Virus record (IMG/VR): IMGVR_UViG_3300043394_000505
Span: 1 to 26,465 of that record
Length of the DNA stretch: 26,465 bases
DNA from: a virus
Taxonomy: Duplodnaviria > Caudoviricetes
Strand: one strand, 5' to 3'
Shown: positions 16,502 through 23,822 of the stretch, one piece after another
How the letters are laid out: each line of letters begins with the position of its first letter
Numbering within the stretch: position 1 is the first letter of the stretch
Position numbers and translations under genes: made by a program
Notes under the pieces: generated by a model
What the model was told of the DNA's origin: nothing
Seen by the model: only the letters and a program-made list of their open reading frames with translations
The model's database searches: none

Positions 16502-17044
16502 TTACAGCCTGACCAGCATCTTGCCGGCCCCGGGTTGGCCGGTGGCGGCGGCCTGCTGGTTGCGCACCTCCCAGCGGTAGCGGTCGCGCACGGCCAGCAG
16601 TTCAGCCATGGGGATGAACTTCAGTTTTCGGCCGGCGATTTCCAGCTCCAGGTGCGATTGGCTGGCGCGGCCCTCCAGCACCGATTCGACCGCGTCCAGC
16701 ACCTTGGCGGCGTGGGTGCGGGTGTCGGTGCCGGCCGCCATGGCGGCGGGGTCGGGCAAGACGGTGATCTGGCCACTCTGCTGGGTGTAGCGTTCGCCGG
16801 CTTTCTCGACCCAGCTGGACCAGGTGTAGGGCCCGGCCGCCCAGGTGGCGGTGACGGCGGCCGACACCTGCACGCGGTAGCCGTCGCCGTCGGCCACGGC
16901 CGTGATGGTGGTGGCCACGCCGCTGCCAGGGGTGGTGCCGCGCGGCACCAGGCGCAGCTTCAGCGCCCAGCCGGCGCTGGCCGGGTAGTCGGGCACCAGT
17001 GCCGGGTAGTTGAGCGTGTCGCCCGCGGTGAGGGTGGTTTGCAT
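16502..17044 (-). CDS. Head completion protein (gpW-like C-terminus) with N-terminal beta domain (180 aa)
   Basis: Start MQTTLTAGDTL at ATG 17044. C-terminal HAAKVLDAVESVLEGRA...LEIAGRKLKFIPMAELLAVRDRY is gpW-like. Lies directly upstream of the portal. Confidence 0.85.
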   Translation of the reverse strand: MQTTLTAGDTLNYPALVPDYPASAGWALKLRLVPRGTTPGSGVATTITAVADGDGYRVQVSAAVTATWAAGPYTWSSWVEKAGERYTQQSGQITVLPDPAAMAAGTDTRTHAAKVLDAVESVLEGRASQSHLELEIAGRKLKFIPMAELLAVRDRYRWEVRNQQAAATGQPGAGKMLVRL

Positions 17045-17054
17045 GGGGTGGCCT

Positions 17055-17492
17055 CTATGCCAGGGGGGTGCCGCCGATGGTGGGCGGCGGGGCTTGCAGC
17101 ACGGCGGTGGGCGGCTCGGTGGCGTCGTACACCACGGCCACGCCCTGCGGCTGCGCAAAGGTGGCACCGCCGCCCACGGTGACCAGCACGGGGAAGGCGC
17201 CGACGTACACGTCCCATTCGTACAGCGCCACGGCGGCGGCGTACACGCCGTCGGGCAGGCCGGTGATGGCGCCCGCGCTGTCGTCGCCCGGGGGCAGGCC
17301 ACCGGGGAAGGTGTGGCCCTCGATCCAGTAGCTGTATTCCCGCGTGTTGCTGGCCGGCGGGCGCATGCTGGGGTACATCCACGCCGGGCCGCTGGTGCCG
17401 GCGCTGGGGATGGAAATACCCGGGACGCCGGTGGTGCAAAGGCCCAGGCGCCGTTCGCCGCCCGGGTAGGTTTGATTCAGGTCGCGCAGCAT
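17055..17492 (-). CDS. Hypothetical protein (145 aa)
   Basis: ATG 2 nt after the upstream stop. Protein-like composition with aromatic residues (PAWMYPS, EYSYWIE, LYEWD). Tiles the gap between neighbours. Confidence 0.7.
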   Translation of the reverse strand: MLRDLNQTYPGGERRLGLCTTGVPGISIPSAGTSGPAWMYPSMRPPASNTREYSYWIEGHTFPGGLPPGDDSAGAITGLPDGVYAAAVALYEWDVYVGAFPVLVTVGGGATFAQPQGVAVVYDATEPPTAVLQAPPPTIGGTPLA

Positions 17493-17494
17493 GG

Positions 17495-19276
17495 CTAGGC
17501 CAGGGTGAGGAACTGGCCAAACACGCGGTCATTGGCCACCACGGGGCCAGGGCGCGTTCCGATGATGACGAAGCCGTCACCCGCCACGGTGTGCGCAATG
17601 GTGGCGCGGCCGCTGGCGTCGGTGGTGGTGGTGCTGTTGACTGGGGCGGTGATGCTGCCCGGCCGACCTGCTGGGCACCAGGTGTAGTAAACCAAGGTGC
17701 TGGCCAGGGGGATGCCCGACACGGCTATGACGTCAGTTTGCGCGATGTAGGTGGCAGCGCCCGGCGCGTTGACGGTGAGCGTGGCGTTGTTGGACGTGGC
17801 GGTCGGCGCCGTGTCGCCGGTGACCACCACGCTGTACAGGTCGCCGTTGTTGGCGCTGCCGCCCGAAACGGTGGTGGCCGGCGTGGTGTAGCTGGCCGAC
17901 GTGGCCCCGCTGATGTTGCTGCCGTTGCGGCGCCACTGGTAGGCGAACGTGCCCGTGCCGGTGGCGGCCACGCTGAAGGTGGCCGTGGCGCCTGCCGTGA
18001 CGGTTTGGTTGGCGGGCTGGCTGCTGATGCTGGGCGCCGTGCCGCTGGCGCTTGGCGTGACCGGGTTGGACGCCGCAGAAGCCGGGCCCGTGCCTTCGCT
18101 GTTGGTGGCCGTGACCGTGAAGGTGTAGGTGGTGCCGTTGGTCAGCCCCGACACCGTGATGGGGCTGGACGCGCCAGTGCCCGTCAGCCCGCCAGGGCTG
18201 GACGTTGCGGCGTACCCCGTGATGGCTGGGCGGCCCGTGTTGGTGGGCGGAGTGAAGGCCACGCCCGCGGTGGCGTTGCCCGCCGTAGCTGTGCCGATGG
18301 TGGGCGCCAGCGGCGCTTCGCTGACGTTGGTGACGGTGAAGTTGACCGTGACCGTGCGTTCATTCGGCGTGGGCGTGGCGGTGTCGGCAAAGGTGAGCGT
18401 GACCACAAACGGGTTGGCGTGCGGCAGGCTTTCAAAGTCAAAGGCGGCCGTGGGCGCCAGCGTGCGCGTGAGGCCACTGCCGGCCAGCGTGAACAGGGCG
18501 CCGTCTGCGCCGCCCTTGGTGACGCTGCCCAGGGCTTCGTCTGAGGTAAGCGTGATGGCCACGGCCGCGCTGTTTTCGCCCACGTTGACGGCAAAGGGAC
18601 CGTTTGTGGCGCCGGTGCCAGTGCTGGTGATGCTGGGGGCGGCGGTGTCCGCCGCCACACTGCCACGCACCACGATGGTCCCCACGTGCACCGTGCTGCC
18701 GCCTGTGCTGAAGCCAGTTCCAGGGTTGTCGGTGGCCGATGCGCTTTCTTTGAAAGCCATCGCCACCGCGCCCCAGTTGCCAGGGCTGATGCCGCTGACG
18801 CCTCCCGTGTAGCCGGTGGGGAATGTCGTGATGTCAGAGCCTTCGCGGCCGCACACGGCAATGAAAGTGTTGTCGGCGCTGCCCCATGTGGCGGTGATGC
18901 TAGGCGGATCTCCCGCGCCCGAGAAGTCAGCCAGCAAGTTGGCTTCGACAGAAGCCGTGTCCGTGCCGGTCCAGCCCGTGATGCGCGCGACAATGATGCC
19001 GATGCTGTTGGCCAGCGCAGACAACGGGAACACAAGCGGGTCGGTGCCGGTTGCCACTCGCGCCCACACGAAAGACCTCCCGGTATTGCCTGGCTCGCTG
19101 TCCTTCCGGGTCCAGCCTGACGGGTCGGTGTAGTCGGCATTGTCTTCGGTGGTGTGCCCATAGGCCACCAACAGGTCGCCTGCCGTGGTGCCCGCAGGCA
19201 TGGCGCCAAAGGTGAAGTCAGACCCGCTGACGGCTACGCCGTTGGCGCGGGTGCTTGCTGGTGTTGGGAATGCCAT
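17495..19276 (-). CDS. Ig-superfamily multidomain virion-type protein: N-terminal beta domain + cadherin-like + FN3 + Ig (593 aa)
   Basis: N-terminal domain GDLLVAY...PSGWT. Cadherin-like VNVGEN...GADGALF...AFDFES...VTNVSE. FN3 APTIGTATAGN...ITGY...VSGLTNGTTYTFTVTATNSEGTG. Ig PSISSQPANQTVTAGATATFSV...YQWRRNG...NGDLYSVVVT. Confidence 0.88.
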   Translation of the reverse strand: MAFPTPASTRANGVAVSGSDFTFGAMPAGTTAGDLLVAYGHTTEDNADYTDPSGWTRKDSEPGNTGRSFVWARVATGTDPLVFPLSALANSIGIIVARITGWTGTDTASVEANLLADFSGAGDPPSITATWGSADNTFIAVCGREGSDITTFPTGYTGGVSGISPGNWGAVAMAFKESASATDNPGTGFSTGGSTVHVGTIVVRGSVAADTAAPSITSTGTGATNGPFAVNVGENSAAVAITLTSDEALGSVTKGGADGALFTLAGSGLTRTLAPTAAFDFESLPHANPFVVTLTFADTATPTPNERTVTVNFTVTNVSEAPLAPTIGTATAGNATAGVAFTPPTNTGRPAITGYAATSSPGGLTGTGASSPITVSGLTNGTTYTFTVTATNSEGTGPASAASNPVTPSASGTAPSISSQPANQTVTAGATATFSVAATGTGTFAYQWRRNGSNISGATSASYTTPATTVSGGSANNGDLYSVVVTGDTAPTATSNNATLTVNAPGAATYIAQTDVIAVSGIPLASTLVYYTWCPAGRPGSITAPVNSTTTTDASGRATIAHTVAGDGFVIIGTRPGPVVANDRVFGQFLTLA

Positions 19277-19285
19277 CTCAGTCCC

Positions 19286-22200
19286 TTATGCGCCCACAGG
19301 CGTATAGGCGTACACGTTGCACGCACTGCCATTGGCGGCGCGCGGCAAGATCAGGAAGCACCTGGCCTCGGGGATCCAGTTCAGCTTTTTGGCGTAGCTG
19401 CTGCTGGGCGCAACCATGGTTGCCCCGCCCGGGTAGGTGCGCGGGGTCACGGCCCAGGTGTCAGACAGCGTGGCTGGAATCTGCACCTCGTAGCAGCCCG
19501 ACAGGTTGGCGCCGCTGAAGACGATGAGACGGCTGATGTCGGGCACCCAGTCAAAGCCAACGTGGTACGTGGCCGCGATGCTGCTGCCCAGGGTCACGCC
19601 CTGGTATCCGGCCGCGATGTTCGCCAGGTCCAGGTACACCAGCTTGACGGCCGTGCCTGCGGGGTTAAGGCCGCCCAAGATGAGCAGGCGAAGCCCCCCG
19701 GTTTCAACCAGGCGCATGGTCACGGTGTCCACCGTGAACGCCGCGCCGCCGTTGGCCGCAGCTGTGCGCCCATAGGTGCCGCTGGTGTCCAGCCAGTAGA
19801 TGAAAGCATCCGACCCGCTGGCCCCGTTGGCCGTGATCCACCAGCGCTGCAAGGTGTTGTCCCACACGCTGGCCCCGGCCGGGCCTTCCCACAAGTTGCC
19901 CGATGGGTAGCCACCCAGCGTGCCACTGTTGAAGGTGTTGGTGCTAAAGCGCGACCATGCTTTGGTGGCAAGCTCGAAGCGGTGCGAACGGCCCACGTTA
20001 AGCGCGTCGTTTCTGGACGCCGGGGCACCAGCAGGCACCAGCCACGCGCCGCCGCCTGCAGCCTGAGACAGCGGCCGGATCAGCGACCCAAGCGTGCCGC
20101 CACCAGCAGACGGCGGCTGTATGGCCAGCAGGTCATAGGTGTGCGCCGAGTAGGGGCGCCCATCGGCGTGCTCTGCCCACTCAGAATCGCCCACCGTCAG
20201 CGGGAAGGTGGGGGTGTCCAGCCGCTCAAAGGCCAGGGTGTTGCCCACCTTCAGCACGACGGTTTCGTTGCCGAAGTAGTTGCCGTGGCCGCCGCCGTGG
20301 ATCACCAGCGCGCCGTATCGGTAGGCCCCCGCTTTGTAGTACGGGTTCCAGATGGCACCTGAATAGGCGTCGATCAGGAACGGGTAGCCCGACGCATCCG
20401 GCCCCACATCGATGGGCGGGCGCTGGCTTTCGAAGGTGTTGGTCAACGCGCCCGTGGCAAACAGGTTGACCAGCTCGCCGCTGGCCGGGCGCCATGACGG
20501 CAGCACGCGGTCAGACTGCACCGCGAATTCAGGCCGCGTCAGCATCAAGCTGCCCAGGCCGTTGGCCCAAGTGCCAGAACCCAGCAGCCGGCCAATGGCC
20601 AGGTCTGCGCCCGCCAAGCTGGCGCGGTCGGCCACCTTGTGCGCGTAGTGCGCCGCCCAGAAGAAGGTGGACACGTCGGTGTCTGCGCCGAAGCTGGTGA
20701 GTTCGCGCATGCGCAGCGCGCTGACGTTGTCGTATTCGATCTTGCGCAGGTTGTTGGTGGCGGCCGTGACCGGCCAAGTGCCTGACACCCAGGGGTGGTT
20801 GGCTTCCATGGCTGACCACTGCGCGTCCCACGTGGCGCGGTAGGTGGTGGTGCTGGCGTCGCCGCCCGCAGACGTGGCGCCCGGCGTGCCAAAGCCCAGC
20901 GCCACGAAGGTGGCGATGCGCCAGTTCCAGGTTGTCTGCGCGGGGTTGGCGCCCAGCATGCCGATGGGCCATTTGCCGAAGTGTTCGGCCAGCGCCTGCA
21001 GCCGCGTGCGTTGCGTGCCAGCCAGCGCGGGCTGCGCGTCAAAACCGTACAGCGCGCACAGGATGTAGATGGCGGTCATCAGGCCCCCATAGGCGTGCTC
21101 GCCCTCGTTGTTGTTGGCGTCGGTCAACTGGAAGTCGGCGTTCTGGTACGGCAGGCCAAACACGTTTCCACGCGCTGAGGTTTGCTGACCTGTGGCGCTG
21201 CCCGACACGTACCAGTCGTGCCAGTCGTTCACCACCTGCTCGACGCGGCCCACGGCTTCCAGACGCTGATTCAGATCGGCGCCGGCCGACAGCGCTGTGC
21301 CGGCCAGGTGCGAAGCGGTGACAAGCTCGGCCTGCACGCGGTCGCGGAACTTCCAGCCTTGGCCGCGGTTTTGGTCCCACCAGCCGATGCCGCGGAAGGC
21401 GCCGGTGTTGCCGCTTTGCGTGAGTTCGCCCGTGGCCGCAACAAACTGCACGCCTTCGATCATGGACCAGCGGCCCGACAAGATGGCGGCGGTGAAGTAC
21501 GCGGCCGGGCTGTGGGTGTACTTCCACTCGGGGGTGTTCACGCCACCGGCAGGCGCGGGCGTCAGCGTGGGGTTGCTGCCCGACACGTCATTCACACCCG
21601 GCGTGGTGTTGTTCAGGCCCAGCGTGGTGTGCACGCTGCCACGGTGCGGGCGGCCGTCGGTTTCGTCGCGGTAGTGCACGCTGAAGCGGCCCATGGCCGG
21701 CCCGTTGGCAAGGCAGGCCAGATGGGCGCCCGGGTTCTGCCCGACCAGGTAAGTGGCGGCCCAGCCTGGCACGATGCCGTACATATCGGTGTCACCACCA
21801 GACCCCAGTGACGGGTCGATGTTGGCCAGCGCAAACGGCGCGGGCCGCAAGGCTTCGGCGCTGGTGTAGCTGGCGTGCTTGGTGCCGTACTCAGGCCGCG
21901 TGGTGTAGGCACCTGACGCGGGCGTCAGCGTGGCATAGCTGGGCACTGCGCCGGTGGTTTGCAGGTGCGCGGTGCTTTGCGCCATCAGCGCCGTGGGCGC
22001 GGTGCCCACCCAGTCGACGCGGCTCCAGCGCGTGTGGTGGTAGTGCACCAGGCCCGTGCCGGTGTAGCGCGAGGTGCCACCCACCGTGACCGTGACGTCA
22101 TAGGTGCGGCGGCCTGGCGATGCGACTTGCAGCCACCCGTTTTCGACCACGGTTTCGACTTCCACCGCGCCGCTGCTGTAGGCCCGCACGTAGAACCACA

Positions 22201-23368
22201 CGTGCGTGTGCGCGTCGGGCGTGGGCACGAAGTAGTGGAATTCGGACATCACCGGCCCCAGGATCTGGCGCACCTTGCGGGCGGTGGTGCGGTCCCACGC
22301 GGTGATGCCTGCGGTGCGGGCCGTGGCAATGTCGGCCGTGAAGCTGCCGCCAGCCACGGTGGCGCTGGCGGCGTCCACCACGCTGGTAAAGGCCACGGTA
22401 GCCGCAATGGTGGGCTCTGCCACGGCAGTGCCGCTGGCCGGCGTGCCGTTGCGCAGCAGCGGAATGTCGGCCTGAGTGGTGATGCCGCTGAGCACCGCGA
22501 AGCGCAGCGAGCCGTCGGCGTAGCGGGTGCGCACGTCCACCTGCACCGTGGCGCCGGCAGCGCCCACGGTTTCGGCCGATGCAATCTCGCCCGGGGCGAA
22601 CACGTGGCCGGTGGTCCATGGTTGCGAGCCGGCCCAGGTGGACATGGGGCGCAGCAGGATGGCGCCGCTGGGGGCGACGGGCGGCGGCGGCGGCGCGGCG
22701 CCGCTGACCGTGACCGTGATGGGCCGCCCGGCGCGCGTGAGGCTTGGGCTGACGGTGAAGTCAACACTGGCAGCACCGGCGCTTGGAAAGGTGACGCCGA
22801 CAGACGCCGACGTGTTGCCGCTGGTGATGGTGGACGTGCCGCTGGCCGGCGTGCCGCCTGTCACCGACCAGGTGATGGTGTAGGTTTGGTCGGCCGCGGC
22901 GTTGAGTGTCACGGTGTACGTTTGCGCCGCCGCGGCCACCGCCGTGGTGGCGCCGCTGAGCGTGGCCGTGGTGGGCGGAGAAGGCGGCGGCGCAGCCACG
23001 CCGGTGAGGGGCGCCGGGCTGCCAATGATGATGGCGCCCGCGGTGCCGCTGGTGAGCATGATGCTTTTCAGGCCAGCCAGCATGGCCATGGGGCCAATGT
23101 TGACGGTGGCACCCGCGGCCAGCGTGCCGCTGCTGGACAAAAAGGCCACCTCACCAGGCGTGGCAGCCACAGCCCAAAGCGCAGGTACGGTGCCGATGTT
23201 GCCCACCGACCAGCCCGTGGCCTGCACGCCCACAGTGGCGCTGGCTTCACCCGCGGTAAGCGCCAGCTGCGCAGGCGGCGGCACGCCAGCATTGCCAAAC
23301 CCCACCACGCCGCCGCTGGCTGCACTGTATTGGACGGCGGTGGCAGCGGCGGCGGGGGTGATGGGCAT
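19286..23368 (-). CDS. Large multidomain protein: Ig/Calx-beta-like N-terminus, PcRGLX/YetA-like (rhamnogalacturonan lyase-like) core, C-terminal beta-propeller (1360 aa)
   Basis: Likely start MPITP at ATG 23368, just after the Mor stop. Pro linkers PPPSPP and PPPPP. Core motifs DVRTRYADGSLRFAVLSG, GPVMSEF..VWFYVRAY..ETVVENGW and helical WDQNRGQGWKFRDR. C-terminal YSGAIW...LVIHGGGHGNYFGNE...RPYSAHTYD. The CDS is clear; the enzymatic function is inferred. Confidence 0.8.
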   Translation of the reverse strand: MPITPAAAATAVQYSAASGGVVGFGNAGVPPPAQLALTAGEASATVGVQATGWSVGNIGTVPALWAVAATPGEVAFLSSSGTLAAGATVNIGPMAMLAGLKSIMLTSGTAGAIIIGSPAPLTGVAAPPPSPPTTATLSGATTAVAAAAQTYTVTLNAAADQTYTITWSVTGGTPASGTSTITSGNTSASVGVTFPSAGAASVDFTVSPSLTRAGRPITVTVSGAAPPPPPVAPSGAILLRPMSTWAGSQPWTTGHVFAPGEIASAETVGAAGATVQVDVRTRYADGSLRFAVLSGITTQADIPLLRNGTPASGTAVAEPTIAATVAFTSVVDAASATVAGGSFTADIATARTAGITAWDRTTARKVRQILGPVMSEFHYFVPTPDAHTHVWFYVRAYSSGAVEVETVVENGWLQVASPGRRTYDVTVTVGGTSRYTGTGLVHYHHTRWSRVDWVGTAPTALMAQSTAHLQTTGAVPSYATLTPASGAYTTRPEYGTKHASYTSAEALRPAPFALANIDPSLGSGGDTDMYGIVPGWAATYLVGQNPGAHLACLANGPAMGRFSVHYRDETDGRPHRGSVHTTLGLNNTTPGVNDVSGSNPTLTPAPAGGVNTPEWKYTHSPAAYFTAAILSGRWSMIEGVQFVAATGELTQSGNTGAFRGIGWWDQNRGQGWKFRDRVQAELVTASHLAGTALSAGADLNQRLEAVGRVEQVVNDWHDWYVSGSATGQQTSARGNVFGLPYQNADFQLTDANNNEGEHAYGGLMTAIYILCALYGFDAQPALAGTQRTRLQALAEHFGKWPIGMLGANPAQTTWNWRIATFVALGFGTPGATSAGGDASTTTYRATWDAQWSAMEANHPWVSGTWPVTAATNNLRKIEYDNVSALRMRELTSFGADTDVSTFFWAAHYAHKVADRASLAGADLAIGRLLGSGTWANGLGSLMLTRPEFAVQSDRVLPSWRPASGELVNLFATGALTNTFESQRPPIDVGPDASGYPFLIDAYSGAIWNPYYKAGAYRYGALVIHGGGHGNYFGNETVVLKVGNTLAFERLDTPTFPLTVGDSEWAEHADGRPYSAHTYDLLAIQPPSAGGGTLGSLIRPLSQAAGGGAWLVPAGAPASRNDALNVGRSHRFELATKAWSRFSTNTFNSGTLGGYPSGNLWEGPAGASVWDNTLQRWWITANGASGSDAFIYWLDTSGTYGRTAAANGGAAFTVDTVTMRLVETGGLRLLILGGLNPAGTAVKLVYLDLANIAAGYQGVTLGSSIAATYHVGFDWVPDISRLIVFSGANLSGCYEVQIPATLSDTWAVTPRTYPGGATMVAPSSSYAKKLNWIPEARCFLILPRAANGSACNVYAYTPVGA

Positions 23369-23372
23369 GCGG

Positions 23373-23819
23373 CTAGGCGGTGGAAGCGGCCCCCTTGGCC
23401 CGGGCGGCGCGCGGTGCGGGGCGTTGGGTGGCAGCATCGCCCGGGGCGCGGCCATCGGTAAGGCAAGTGGCGGCCGGTGCCGCGCCCACAATGGCCTGGG
23501 CTGTTGGTTCGGCAGGGCCAGGGTCAGCTCGATCGGGCTGCACGATGCAGCGCACGCGCCGTTCGCTGAGCTGGTAGCGGCGCGACAGGATGGACACCGA
23601 AGCCCCGCGCGCAAAGTCGCGCCGGATGGCGCGGTCGCGGGCGCTGATCTGCGCCTGGCCCTGTTCGCCCAGCTTGCCGATGTAGGCCCGTTCGCCGCCC
23701 CAGGCCGAACGCGCGATGCGTTCGGCTTCGCCGCGGTGGCTGGGCAGGAAGAAGCCACCGTCGCGCTGCAGCAGCGCGATGAGGGTGTCCAGGGTGTCGA
23801 TGATGATGTCGTTGCTCAT
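23373..23819 (-). CDS. Mor/C-family transcription activator
   Basis: Motif WGGERAYI (Mor GGxxxYIP-like), then RDRAIRRDF and HTH SVSILSRRYQLSERRVRCIV. The last ~55 aa are low complexity. Confidence 0.85.
   Translation of the reverse strand: MSNDIIIDTLDTLIALLQRDGGFFLPSHRGEAERIARSAWGGERAYIGKLGEQGQAQISARDRAIRRDFARGASVSILSRRYQLSERRVRCIVQPDRADPGPAEPTAQAIVGAAPAATCLTDGRAPGDAATQRPAPRAARAKGAASTA
23433..23480 (-). promoter_or_regulatory. Candidate activator-dependent late promoter B (imperfect dyad + -10-like GATGCT)
   Basis: GGCCATCGGTAAGGCAAGTGGCGGCCGGTGC (23450-23480) matches site A at 26/31. Minus-strand GATGCT (23433-23438) has the same spacing from the motif as GAAAGT in site A. Confidence 0.65.
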
Positions 23820-23822
23820 GGG

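Noticed and set aside
23369-23758. 130-aa N-terminal extension of the giant ORF given in the ORF track
   Set aside because: Overlaps the Mor gene in another frame and is Arg/Pro-rich noise. The ATG at 23368 just after the Mor stop is more plausible.
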